A stretch of 64,000 bases of DNA from Octopus sinensis (GCF_006345805.1 NC_043000.1:159278001-159342000); one strand, 5' to 3'. Positions 25,791 through 39,125 are shown, counted from the first letter of the stretch. Numbers and translations: made by a program. Notes: generated by a model not told the origin, from the letters alone.

Positions 25791-26588
25791 CTGCAATGTA
25801 CATCAGCATGTAGAAATACACACACTAACAACCAAATACATCAAGGAGCCTATCATGACGAATCCATTCTCCTAAACACATGTTCAAATCTCCACACTCA
25901 ACCAAAATTCCTGCTGTTTTTTTTTTATCATGTTCTGTATCTCTCCTATTTCCTTTTCCATCCACTGTATATTACGCCAGCACTGAGATATGAACTACTC
26001 TTTTTGATGCTTCACAATTTAATTTCATTTATCTCCTAAACTGTTATTTCAGAATAACCAACCTTAACATCTATGAAGTGCATGCATACATATGCATTTG
26101 CACACACATCTTCCCCCCATTAGCTTTTGTTAATTGTACATGCCATATGAACTTTGATATGTGAACTCATGTGCCATCACTACCAAAAGTAAATATATTT
26201 CAACCTTAGTTTCTCTCATCTAGATTTCATTCCCAAATTAGCAATTTCAATATAAAACCAAAACTTAAAAATAAACATCTTAGTTACAATTATGCTTAGA
26301 GGTGACTCTTTAACATAAACCAATGAATCTGACTTGTGCTCCTATGCAAATCTAACCTCTCATATCTGTATTTACAAACATGCTTGAATGAACTCAAATA
26401 ATAAGTAAAATTAATTTACCTACACTAAATATAATAAATCTAGATAACTAGATTCAACAAGGCTTTCAAAACAAACCACTAATGTAACCAATTTTATGAC
26501 ATGTATCACATGTGTTCCTATATAAATCTAACAGTACCTGAACACTGAATGCTCCCCAAAAATAACATTTAAATAATCAATCATCTTT

Positions 26589-26815
26589 GTGGTTTAGTGG
26601 TTAGGATGTCAGCACCATGATCGTAAGATTGGGGTTTTGATTCCTGGACCGGGCGACGCGTTTTGTTCTTGAGCAAAACACTTCATTTCGCGTTGCTCCA
26701 GTCCACTCAGCTGACAAAAATGAGTAATGCTGTGATGGACTGGCGTCCCGTCCAGCTGGGGAACACATATGCCATAGAAACCGGGCCCATGAGCCTGGCT
26801 AGGCTTTAAAAGGGT
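26589..26815 (+). mobile_element. tRNA-derived SINE (family C core, different tail)
   Basis: A-box GTGGTTTAGTGG, B-box-like GTTTTGATTCC; tail shared with the element at 62270. Confidence 0.8.
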
Positions 26816-27889
26816 GTATTTATTTTTATTTAAAACCAAGATAAGAGAAGCAACCTAATTAGATTCAACAAATCATCAACTGTCAAAACCAGAAAATGGC
26901 TTTACTCTTCATTACTTGTTTATTTTATTTACATATTCTTCCTCTTACTTAAATTCTTTATTTCTTCCAGTTAAACTCTCCATAAAGATATTTCTATATA
27001 TACAACAAAAATTGACATCAAAATACATATATAAACATAAGGCCTAACAAAGCAATGTACTTTACAGTCTCATTAGGCTGAAGTTTTGAAATAACTGACA
27101 ACCATTTCTTGTAAAAAGTATGCACACACACACACAAAACACAATACACATTTATTTTCTAGTGAATTATAATTAAATGCCAATTTGTCTTTTGTTTTTA
27201 CTTTCCATATAAAGATACAATTACTATTGCAGCATCAACAATTATATAAAAATTCCTTTACACAAAAACTTTCACATAAAAATGTAATATGCTTTTTATT
27301 ATCAAGAATAAATCAAGCAAAAAAATAAACAATATGAAAATAGAAAACTCAAAATGAAACCAAATTCTTTGCATTTAATTGAAGTGGCATTAAATTTAGT
27401 TAATTTTCCAGTTGTAGAATTAAGTAGAACAAGCAAGATATATACATATATATATGTAAATACATACATTACATACATATACACACACATATACATACAT
27501 TATGTACATATTGTATATATACACACATACATGTGCATACATGATAAATATATGTGTGTATGTATGTATGTATGTATACAATTGCATATATAAACAAAGA
27601 AATCAAGAAAAGAATATAACATAAAAACAACAGGAATAAATAGTTTAAGAAATCACTAGAATTGTTAAAGACAATAAAATATAAAAATAACAGAAAACAA
27701 TGGAAATATGACAGAAACTAAATAATAAGATAATGCAAATAAAGTTTTCCAAAAGAAGAAGAAAATAGAAATAAGAAAAGAAGGAGGAAAAGTAAATACG
27801 ATGAATGAGAACAAAGTAAGCTAGAGAAAAGAAATTGGAAAAGGTTTATAAATATATATATATATATTTTGAAGAAGGTAATGAGAGAG

Positions 27890-28075
27890 AAAATAGAAAG
27901 CTTCTGACAATGTGGAGAGTTTAATAAAACCTTTATATTTCGGGCACAAAGGCCCATCTTCAGAAGAAAAGAACAGTTTGAGAAATGTCCAGTTATGAAG
28001 GTTCCGTTAGCCCATTAAAATTTAACTATAAAGGTTTTTTTAAAACTTTCTTCATTGTCAGAAGTTTTCTATTTT
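27890..28075. repeat. Imperfect inverted repeat (about 48-bp arms) enclosing a hammerhead-like motif
   Basis: 27890-27937 vs 28027-28075. Confidence 0.75.
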
Positions 28076-28131
28076 CACCTTTTATATCTTTTTCAATGCT
28101 ACAAGCGACAATACTCTTGTATATATTTATA

Positions 28132-28562
28132 CAGGTCGTCATCGACTTATGACCTATCAGACTTATGACTGATCGACTTTATAACTGGCGTGCCAGCTCC
28201 CAGCAGTAATAATAAATCGTCCAGTTGAAATCTAATGGGATTATGGATGATGTCAGCAAACAAACACTTCCCCTAGACTTGGTTATTGATCACCACTGTG
28301 TTGGATGACTATTCTGTCACAGAGACATTGAGATAACCTCAAATTTGTTTATAAGATGACTGCTTGAGACTCTGAGATTTTTAACTAACACCAGTATAAT
28401 AGTATAATACAGAATGCTGTGTGTGACTTTTACCTGAGAATGTACCTTAAGAATGTAAAAATATAAAACAAAGCTATGTAGGCCTATAGGCTGACTTACA
28501 ACCTAATTGACTTAAGACTAGTCAGTCACAACCTGCTGTGGTCATAAGTCGATCACAACCTG
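28132..28562. mobile_element. Tigger/pogo-like MITE
   Basis: 23-bp TIRs CAGGTCGTCATCGACTTATGACC / GGTCATAAGTCGATCACAACCTG (21/23 match); TA on the left flank only. Confidence 0.75.
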
Positions 28563-29164
28563 AGTATGTATGTATATATGTGTGTAAAAAGGATTACAAT
28601 TCAAGCTGTGTCCTCATGAAATACTTCTGCTAATTCTAGCTATCAGTTGTTTGGATGTAAATGTTTAATCTTTAAGGAGACAATTAAACATACCAATTGA
28701 AATTTATGGTCAAGTGTATGAGCTGCAGAGTGTGTCTATATCAAAACAAAGACTGGAATTTATGATATTGTTTCATCATCATTTAATATCTATTTTCCAT
28801 GCTGGCATGGGTCGCAAGGCTTGACAGAAGCTGGCAAGCCAGAGGTCTGTACCAAGCTTAAATGTCAGCTTTGGTATGGTTTCTATGGCTAGATGCCCTT
28901 CCTAATAATATACATATATATGTATACATACATTACCATTTAATACCAATGTGCAATTCCATTAACACCTATGTGCAACAAATTGTATAAAGGGTATTAA
29001 AGGCTAATGAATGTACATATATTATTATATCATGAATTCATTATATGCATACTATTGTTGTTACTGTTAATATCTATGCTTACAAAATATATTTCACATA
29101 TTTTAATGAAACAAGTGTAAGTACAGAATTAGAAATAATACCATATATTTCAGTCTTTGACAAA

Positions 29165-29206
<42 letters not shown>

Positions 29207-29306
29207 ATTAGAAAATTATATTTTGTGAAATTTGATTTAGTATTTCTAAATTGAACTTTTCCCTGTAAGTTTGGAATGATATTCCCTCATATTATTATTA
29301 TTAATA

Positions 29307-29312
29307 TTTATT
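29307..29312 (-). terminator. Candidate AATAAA poly(A) signal for isoform A
   Basis: First AATAAA I found downstream of the exon A stop (about 510 nt); weak evidence in AT-rich DNA. Confidence 0.3.
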
Positions 29313-29821
29313 ATCATCATCATCATCATCGTTTAACATCTGATGATGATGATGATGATATATATATATATATATATGTGTGTGAACATGCACAGAGATA
29401 AGATACAAGATTCAAAAAGATATTAGCAATTGAAAAGAAATGAAAACATTACTGAAACAATGGTGAGAAATAATATCAGATCTATAATCTGGTGTGATCC
29501 AGAAAAAAGAAGCAGTGACCTTCGTTTCTGTCTTCTTTCATGCATTAGTGCTGCTTCTGACTAGATATGAAAGCAGGAATATGAGGTGCAAAGCGGAGAA
29601 GCCAGAACGGTAAACAAAAATATTAAACAAAAGCAGTAAGAGTGAGTGATAAAGAAATACTGACAAAGTCGGATAATAGATGAGGGAGTATGTTGTGGTC
29701 AAGTGGATGACCAGTACAGAAAATAAAGGTGCAACATAAAGGTAAGACACAAAGGCAGCAATAGATTTAAAGAAGAATTATTCTCAGAAAATGTAGAGAC
29801 CTGTGAATAAACTCAGAAAGA

Positions 29822-29921
29822 TCATTCTTTCTTTTGTCCCAGTTTACCCTTGAATTTTTCCATGTCTGTAGATACTCCAAAGAAACGAGCAAGCAGGGAT
29901 ATGCATTTGTGTGGCAATATT
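29822..29921 (-). CDS. SDR16C5-like: SDR terminal exon A (ILPHKCISLLARFFGVSTDMEKFKGKLGQKKE*)
   Basis: Acceptor ttcttcttcag|A completes the GGA codon (phase 2); TGA at 29824-29822; SDR16C-like C-terminus. Too short to appear in the ORF track. Confidence 0.88.
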
Positions 29922-32629
29922 CTGAAGAAGAAGAACATGTTTAGCTATAACATGCAAATAAAATGGATCAAAATGCAAGCATGACCAGCAATGTTTTGTT
30001 GATGGTTTAAAAGGTATCTATCTGCATGTATGTGTGAGTACAGGCACTGATTTCAGGCAAATATTCTTAGAAATACAAAGACATTTCTTATAACACAATA
30101 TTGAACAAACTAATTATTTAATTATATAAATACACACACACACACACACAGTCTTCTATAATAATAAACAAGGTTTATAACTAACAGAAAATATGTGGAG
30201 CTGACAATTAAAGGAGCAGATCTCATCCTATTTGTTATTTAGCCCCAAATTAGCATTAATTGAGCAGGTCTGGAATTAAAAGCATCACAACTGTCACCAC
30301 CTTGCCTTCCTTTCGAACTTATCTTTTTAAGACAACAGTATACATTTTGAGGAAGATTTGGTTACTATTTCTAACATATCAGATTTTACATCTTCAGTAC
30401 AGTATGAGTAAGATTGAATAAATATTTCTATAAAAATTTAAAAATTCTGAAATCAAAAATGGTAAGATGTTTCTTTATAGTTTAGCCCAGTGATTTATGA
30501 ATGAAAAAGTATGCAGTGAATTTTGGCATGAATGTGAAGTAGAGACTGTTAAAATAATTTGTATGTAATACATTAATGATTATGTGAATTGATTATCGGT
30601 AAGAACATTGAAGTATTAGATAAGTTTAGTTATTGAGGTGTGCATAATCTAAAGTTCTGAGTTTGACTTTTTATCTGAGAGTAAGGGAAAAAGAAAATGT
30701 GGTGACTTAATTTGACCAGAAGCAATACTTTTGCACCAATGTAATAACAATAAATTCTATGCCTTCCTCACACCCAGACTAAAGATAGAGCTTAAGATTA
30801 GATTCTACACTCTTTAACAGCTGAACTTACCAACTCCTTTATTAACCCTCTTAGGGATGAACTGCTGTTGACACAGTTTTCTTAGATTCCTTATTTATTC
30901 GAGAGAACCAAAATGTATTATAAATATACTTTTAATTGTTCACAATTACATAATTTTAGGTTCAATTCCAGTGCAGGGCACCTTGAACAAGTGTATTCTC
31001 TTATCACTTTGGATCAAGCAAAACTTTGTGAGCTAAATTTCATAAACTGAAACTGCTTGAAAATACATCAAAGAGACTTCTCTTCTTGAGTAGAGACTTC
31101 ATCCTTTGCCAATTTTAATCTTTTCTTTGCCATATTTCTGTTGAAATAAACCACCTTAGTTTTAATTAATTTTGAAAATAATGATAAATAAAGGAAAATA
31201 ACCCAGTCAATATTAAGCTAGTGAGAAGATCAAATAAATAGAAAAGTTTGATGGAAGATTTAAATTTAGATCACTGAAAAGCAGGAAGGTTGTATCATAG
31301 GACCAGGGATGGACTCAGGTGGTAGCAAAGTCCAGTCTATTACAAGCTTTTGAGCTAAATCTCTGGTCTGAGAATAACTTCCTTCAATTCTTCCCCACCA
31401 ATTTCCAAGGCCCTAAAAGATTGTGGGTGCTACTTTCCTCCTCAGGGTATTAAATCATAAAAAAAAAACAATTCTACAGTATCATGTGATTTTTCTTTCA
31501 TGCAACACACTTGTTCTACATCTTTTAATGTTGAGCATTAAAATTTCCCTTATCTGAGATTTTTAATGTTCTTATATTTTGAACTTTGGGTGTTGTCTTG
31601 TATTTTCCTCTTTGTTAAACCCTCTACAAATGTATGGAATGCTATACATGCAACTTACACGGCATAAAAATACATGTACATGCACACACACACACACACA
31701 CACCACATAACACTTTATATGTATAACTCTGGTGAAATATCTGAAAACTATTCTGATGTCATGTTGTCTGAAGGTTTTTTTGTATCCACTCAACCAGAAG
31801 TTAAAATTTTGCAATGAGAGATGTAGAGAGGAATCTGCGAATGACTTTATACTGATGCTAACATGGAAAAGTATATGTGAAATAGGAAATGCAAATACTT
31901 GATCACTGGATTGGAATAAAACAGAACAAGGAAGCCCACAAGGAGCACCATTCAACTGTGATGGTTTAAAATATATATAGCTTCAACTTAAAGGCGCATG
32001 GCAAACATGTTGAAACAAAACCACAACGAAATATCATGTTGTCCTCTGATTTTCTTAGTTAGATTTTTCTGTTGATATAACACTTTATCATCAAAAGATT
32101 TGAAATCTTTGTGTGTTGCTATGTGTGAACAAATATATCTGCAATAGGCTTGTATAAATATGTGCACACACACACACATACACATCTATGCCTTTGCAGA
32201 TGTATGTATGTGCACACACACATGTATGTATGTCATTATATATATATATACATATACACATGCACACATATATGCATATATATATATAGTATATACATGT
32301 GTGTGTGTGTGTATGTAAGTAAGTATTTATGCATACACATATAAGAGAAACAAATAAACAATTAGTCAGGAGGTTGTGTAATCTAGGATATTTAACATGA
32401 AGCTGAAACAAAATATTTTTCATTAATAATTATTAATTAACCACATCAGAGAAGAAAATCAACATCATCATCATAATCAACAGTAGCAACATCAACAACA
32501 AAGAAACTCTTAAAGAATTATGCAAAAGGAATGTTATCATCATCATCATCATCATAAATGCACATGTTAGAATTCACTGCCAATGTTAAAGCACATTCTT
32601 ATCACTAACATTATTATCATTCTTAATCA

Positions 32630-32850
32630 GGCGATGAGCTCACAGAATTGGTAACATGTCAGACAGAATGCTTGATGCCATTTCGTCCGTCTCTATATTC
32701 TGAATTCAAATTTTGCTGAGGTTGACTTTAGCTTTCATCCTCTCAGGGTTGATAAAGTAAGTGCCAGTTGAGCAGTGGGGGTCAATGATATTGACTCACC
32801 CTTACCTCTAAATTTACTGACCTTGTGCCAAAATTTGAAATCGTTATAAT
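32630..32850 (+). mobile_element. Old family-B-related SINE
   Basis: Degenerate match ending in GGCCTTGTGCCAAAATTTGAAA; more degraded copies near 53240-53330 and 61030-61200. Confidence 0.7.
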
Positions 32851-33039
32851 TATTCTTAATCTTCAAATTTTTATCATCGTATTTTACTTCTCAGAGCTCT
32901 AGATCCTACTTGCTCTAGTCGTTTCTGTGAGAGCGGACAGCAACCTGTCGTCAAAGGTTTCAAAGGGTCTCTTTTCACGAATTATAAGAGTTGGTACCTA
33001 GATGTTAAATATCTTGGAAGATAATCATTACTATTATTA

Positions 33040-33598
33040 TTGAGTGAGAGAGCAGTGCATGACATCAAAGTGGCACTGGGGTAAAATATACGAAGCCCAG
33101 TATACCCATCATGACTATCCGTCTGATAAGGGCACACTAGGCACATGCATCACAACCATATGTGCGTGACATGGTGATCTCATATCAAGATAAACAGCAT
33201 ATGACCTTGCATGTGGGGCCCAATTAGAATTTTTTTCTGGTCGAATAATCCATCCCACTCAAAAGGTCCCCAAATAAGGGTTGTTTAAGGATGTTGAATG
33301 AAACACCCATGTTCCCAGAGGTGAATTATTCAAACCCCAAAGAATCCCTCTCAACACATGGCTATGATGCCCCCCCCACTACTTCTGCTCGTGATCAGAG
33401 ATGCACATATCGTCAGCCACTAAAGGACATGCTCAACTGGTTAAGGTCAAACAACTGACAAGCAAATCTGTGGTATTGAGCAGAATATTTGCTGTAGCCC
33501 ATCTTTTATACCAAGACAAAACAATGTACATGATAACACTCCCAATCAGTTAAGATGAGAAGCTACGAGAGCCACTGCCTGATACTGCATCAGAGCAC
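33040..33598. mobile_element. Unclassified probable interspersed repeat (about 560 bp) inserted in (ATT)n
   Basis: GC-richer block flanked on both sides by (ATT)n; only one copy in the window. Confidence 0.4.
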
Positions 33599-34251
33599 TA
33601 ATTATTATTATTATTATTATACACTAATTAGTTACTTTATATTTTTCTAGTTCAAATCTCACCAAGGTCAATTTCAAATTTCATCCCTTTTAGATTGAGA
33701 AAATAAGCAGCAGTTAATATTGGAATATGTAGCCTTGTACTTTTACAGAAATAATCTGTACAAAAAGCTGTATCACCCTGCTGAAACCCCACAGTGATTC
33801 AATTAGTAAACTAGTTAAGTGGGATTTGACAGTGGTGGTCTCTGAAGAGAACAATCAGAATAGAATTGATACTTTGAGTGAACTCCACTTTGCTGCAATT
33901 ATTCAAGCTAGATATTTGATTTGAGAAATTTGAGAAAAACTCCCCACCCCCAACCAGCTTTCGGATTCCTAAAGAAGGTCATACAAGCTACTCTTCTTCC
34001 TGTGTTATATATCTATATCAAATCGGGTAAAATAATGCAAGCAGTTCATGCAATGCATAGTAGAACAATTCGTTTGAAGAATTCATGCAATTATTTAATT
34101 CAGTCCATGCCATTTAGTTTAACATTTATCATGATGCAACAGCCATTATTTGAGATATTCAGTATTATTTAATGCTATTTGTATTGTTGTTGAAATGTGA
34201 GTTGGCTCTGATTGAGCAGAACATTGATCAAAGGCATTTAAGCCTTTATAT

Positions 34252-34614
34252 TTATGTCCACCTTAGCAAAAGTGGAGGCATTGTTTTCAGTTGTGTTTGT
34301 TTGTTTGTCCATGGACAAGATATCTCAAGAACAGCTGGATGGATTTGGATAAAACTTTCAAGGATGTTTGGCCTTATAACTGGCACTGATTAGATTTTGG
34401 GATCAATCCAGTTCTGGACAAGGATTCTGGATCATTTTTCCTATTTTTTTACTTAATTTTTGAGAGTGACTGGGTTCATTTTTAGTATTATCATTTGTGA
34501 GAGCATTTGAGTTCATTTCAGGATTTCTCATTTTAAAAATCAACTCTGGCTAATCGTTGAGAAAATGTTGATGTTGCTTTGGTGGAGGTTTGCACTTTCT
34601 GAGTGCCCTTGCTT
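34252..34614 (+). mobile_element. HINE/DINE-1-like (Helentron-associated) element
   Basis: 5' TCCACC is complementary to 3' subterminal GGTGGA; (TTTG)n near the 5' end; 3' hairpin GCACT-TTCTG-AGTGC; T-rich flanks. Confidence 0.6.
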
Positions 34615-35657
34615 TATTGTTATTCATTTATTTTAAATCACAGTGTACCCTGAAGTAGATGATTTTATTGTGTTCTTTTGCAAGATGGTAAGGTGTGATA
34701 TTAAGGAAATCAGGAGTACATTGAACAACCACAGAGAGAGGTTTCCACAGTTCCTGTAATTCTTTAGCTAGTAACCCAAGATGTGGACAGAATCTAAATC
34801 TTCAGTTTCAGATGTAGTTTGCATTGTAAAACAGCCAAATTGAAGAATATGCAAATTACAGATTGCTGGCAATCTTGTTTAGCCCCAGGTTATCTTCATT
34901 TGAAAAGACTTGCCATGTTTCCTTTTGTATATCAGAGAACTGATCAGGGTATCATTTATTACAAAAGTTGTAGCATGATTTGCAGGGTGTTTGGATGCTA
35001 ATTAGGCTAGATGCAAAAGTGAGCATAGCATTTTAATTAACCGATACAAGTCATTGAAATTACACCTGTCAGTAGAGTAAATCTTTTAATTTACAAAGGT
35101 ATTATTCAACATAGTCTCCATAGTCTCTAATACAATGCATTTGTGCCATTGATGAACCCAGCGCTCTCAAATCGTTTTCGAAAGAAATTTAAGTGCGCAC
35201 ATACACATGCACACAATTTACACAGGGTACAAGGGGTATTTGAGGACACATAATTAACAGTATATTGCTATCTTCAAATCAATTAAATGTTTTTATTTCT
35301 TTTTGATCCTCCCACCATGTCAAGTAAAAATGAAAAGATATACAGTCATTGTTACCATACAAGTGGCAGACAATGATTTAGAAATTGCCACTTTTTAAAA
35401 GTTGCAAAATCTTTTGTATATAAACTTCAGATGAAATTGGAAGCCTCTGATTGGAATATTACAGTTACATCAAATGTCATCCAATATCAGTAACTATGTC
35501 ATCAAGTTTGTATCGCATGTGATGGAATTATTATCGATTTCGTGAAGAAAGAAAAGGCTTGTAAATGACACTAAATGGAAAATAGAGAAACTTAACGCTG
35601 AAACCAAAAATATGAAACAGATATTAGTAAAAGAGATTGTTACTCTCTTATACTCAC

Positions 35658-35783
35658 CCTTTTAGTCCAAGTGTGTAATAGAGCAACCGTGGGATGTATA
35701 AAATATGAGTGTTACAACGTACAGCCTCAACAATTTTATCTGATACATATCCTGGTTCCAATATAGGCATCAGGTAAGGAAAT
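35658..35783 (-). CDS. SDR16C5-like: SDR penultimate exon (FPYLMPILEPGYVSDKIVEAV...LGLKG)
   Basis: Acceptor tttctttag|A, donor GG|gtgagt; 126 nt, phase 2 to 2; sequence resembles the SDR16C P.L.P.YV...IV.A segment. Confidence 0.93.
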
Positions 35784-37734
35784 CTAAAGAAAATGGAATT
35801 AATAGGAAATTGAAATATGCATATTTTAGTTGTATGCACACAAATGCCAACACACACACACACATACATACACAGCTACACACCTTTATATGACACACAC
35901 ACAAATACACATACTCCTACACACCATATTTATACGACAGTGTGAGAATGAGAGAATGAGGGAAATAGACAATATGCTGGTATGTGTGTGTTTGTCCAGA
36001 CAAAATTAGCTGGAATATTGCTTTTGTGTTACCTAATCCATTATTACACCACTCTATTGAATGATAAAGAATGCCCATTTATAAACCCCTCTTTCTTTGA
36101 CCATGAGATATATATCTACTTCTGTCATATTTTAGTTCTTAATGTGGTCAAATTGTTTTATGCTAGTAAGGATCTTTTGCAAACTGCACATGCTGAACAC
36201 ACCTGTAATTGAAGTTACTCAGGTAACAACAGGTGATAATTACTTGTTTTAGTTAGGCTGGGTAATAGATTTAATGTGACCTAGTTTAACACTACAACCT
36301 GCACCTCAACTGTTTTTAGCAGAGTGCACTCTGTTGCAGGCCTTCACAGCAGATTTTCCCCTCACTAACCTCACGGTCTTGCAAAGTTTATGGGTGCAAC
36401 TTTCCCTCCTTTGTTAAAGCCATGCAAAAATGCTTCTTTTGTTCCTTTTCTTTTTTTTCCTGTTATCTGTAAAACCTCAGTAGCACAGCTGTGACTAGCT
36501 GGAAACTAACACTGCCAGGTAGAGGCAGCAAAGTCATTCTAACCTATTGAAGGTAAACAATGCAACATGTTTCGATGAGTTCGTGCTTTCCTTTCTCTCA
36601 TTCCCAAACATCAAACAATTCAGTCAAACACTGACAGGGACATAAGGCGTTAGACAACTGTTTTACCTGACATACCCTGCAAAGTTATTTTTCATGAATT
36701 TCCATATGCAAATGTGATACAATCAAAAAAATTAAAGGGGAAACCTGATCACAGCATTGTATTAAGACAAGGATAGCATTGTGATAGATAACACAATAAT
36801 ATTTAGGACGAACAATGCGTTTAATTTGTAATGTGTTGCTCAATTTCCTTTAAGTAGTGTTTGTGTCTTGTTTGTATGTGTCTGGAGGGAACATTAGATA
36901 TGATTGGGTTATTTAAAAAATGCTGTTGGTGTATCACAACAATGTTACCTTTGTATTATTACACAATCATTACTTCATTTTTATTGAGGATATGTGTGTG
37001 TATGTGTGCACACGCAAACATGCGTGTATGTGCGTGTGTTTCCTAGACATCAGGAATTTATACAGAGGAGTTACTTAGTGAAGTCTTATTGATAATGTGA
37101 AGTGGATGTAAAATAAACAAGGAAAAAAATAGGTGTCATGAGAAATAAGTATTTTATTAGAGGTGGAGGTATCACTGTCTGGGTAATAAGTTCTTCTATA
37201 GCCCAAGATGACCAAAGCACTGTAAGTGAATTTGCTAGAAGAGAAACTGAAAGAAGCCTGTCATATATACATATGTTTGTATGTATCTTCTTGTCTGGAC
37301 GTTGCTCCATATTAGGGTGTTGTTACCATTCAAGTGGGGTTCACACATTTTCAGTCTTTTGTGAAAACACGTCAGGCCATAAGGAAATATTAACATGCTC
37401 TTGAAACATATTAGGGTTGGCAGCAGAAAGGGCATCTGGCTGTAAAAAAATCTGCCACAGGGAATACTGTCAAACTCATGAAAACATGGAAAAGTGAATG
37501 TTAAAACAATGATGAAGGAATGCTTGTTTATTGGGAGTGAATAACCTGGAAGGACTAGCATTCATTTCCTTCAGCTAATTGAGGTAAACTACGTTAATGG
37601 AGAATAATATATGCTGCCCCACAAAAAACCATCTGACCAGCTTTACAATATTATTAGGCAAAAATGCTGTACAACTGATCTCTTGAATGAATGCCAGCAA
37701 CAATACAGATTAATGTGGCTTTTGAAATTCTGAT

Positions 37735-37925
37735 GATGGTGATGATGTTTGGCATTAATAGTAATAGTAGTAGTACTAATAGTAGTAGCAACAGTAGTCA
37801 TAGTGATAATAGTGGTGATAATTTTATTGGTGGTTGTAGTACTGATGATTGTTATGATGATAACAATTACATTAACGATGATGATCATAATGAATGTGAT
37901 AATGGTTGTAGTGCTGGTGTTTTGT
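37735..37925. repeat. Degenerate trinucleotide (GAT/AGT/AAT) low-complexity tract
   Basis: Direct reading; stop-poor on both strands. Confidence 0.8.
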
Positions 37926-38257
37926 GGTGACAATGGAGTCAATAAAAAATATGTTAATTATAAAATTTCCCACATATAATATTTGAATTTCCTATGACCT
38001 CTAACCTGCCACATACAAACATCTGGCACAATGCATACACTAATGAGGTTCAAGTTAAATGTCAAATACCTGAGACCAAGAAGAAAAACAATTATTAAAT
38101 GTAACTTGGGACCTGAATAAGAATTAAAACATAGTAAAGAAAAATACAAACAGAAAAATATAATTATCCAAAGATCACTGAGACAGAGTCAATTGTTAAA
38201 TTGAATTATCCATCAGTAGGTGACTGAAATGATTGTCTTCTAGAAAAAATGTAAGTT

Positions 38258-38695
38258 CATCATCATCATTTAATGTACGCTTTCCATGCTATCATGGGTT
38301 GGACGATTTGACTGAGGATTGGCGAACAAGATGGCTGTGCCAGGCTCCAATCTGATCTGGCAGAGTTTTTACAGCTGGATGCCCTTCCTAATGCCAACCC
38401 CTCCGAGAGTGTAGTGGGTGCTTTTACATGCCACCGGCACGAGGGCCAGTCTGGCGGTACTGGCAACAGCCACACTCAAAATGGTGTTTTTTATGTGCCA
38501 CCTGCACAGGAGTCAGTCCAGCGACACTGGCAACGACCTTGCTCAAATGAGCCAGTAAGATGACGCTGGTAACGATCACGCTCAAATGGTGCTTTTTACG
38601 TGCCACCGGCACAAAAGCCAGACAGCTGCTCTGGTAGTGATCCCGCTCGGATGGAGCTGTTAGCGCTCCACTGGCACGGGTGCCAGTCATCAAAG
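38258..38695 (-). mobile_element. RTE-associated SINE-like repeat with (ATG)n tail and internal sub-repeats
   Basis: Tail CATCATCATTTAA.GT..G.TTTCCATGCT and GGATGCCCTTCCTAA motif; GGTG.TTTTA..TGCCACC.GCAC repeated three times; related pieces at 28773-28905, 37330-37515 (+) and 49195-49480. The RTE link is inference. Confidence 0.6.
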
Positions 38696-38789
38696 TCGGT
38701 TGTAGCCTTTGTTTCCATGGAACATTGAAATAGCTATTAGTAGAGGGCATGATCCAGGATTATAAGCAACTACGGATGCACAAACGCAC

Positions 38790-39125
38790 AAAACGGAGAA
38801 AATGAAACAAATATGGACGACTTGTACAGAAATAACCACGAGTGCATGGTCCGAGGTATATTTGTAGAGAATTTCATTAAAAAATATCCATTTTCTTGAA
38901 AGTTAAGACGAATTGAAGCGGGCCCCAGTGAATTTTCCGAAATTCCCCACCCCAACCCTTCCTAAAACACGCCCCCCCCCCAAATTTTGTATATTCGAAA
39001 TATACATGATATAATACATATTCATAGACAACTTCATTAAAAAAATCCATTTTTCTGAAAGTTAAGTTTATCCAAAGTCGTGGGCGGGGTGGGGGCAGAA
39101 ATCTGTAGTTATGCCTTTGAATCAA
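38790..39125. repeat. Unclassified probable repeat with a 35-bp internal direct repeat
   Basis: TTCATTAAAAAA.ATCCATTTT..TGAAAGTTAAG at about 38872 and 39033; composition distinct from the flanks. Confidence 0.3.

Noticed and set aside
31072-31142. In-phase acceptor plus short ORF NMAKKRLKLAKDEVSTQEEKSL* as another terminal exon
   Set aside because: No similarity to exons A/B or the family; the acceptor appears to come from an adjacent repeat fragment
31572-32185. ORFs of 127 and 65 aa in the last SDR intron, one with an in-phase acceptor
   Set aside because: No SDR C-terminal similarity; partly (CA)n-derived
37643-37979. Ser/Asn/Asp-rich or Thr/Ile-rich ORFs on both strands
   Set aside because: Degenerate trinucleotide tract
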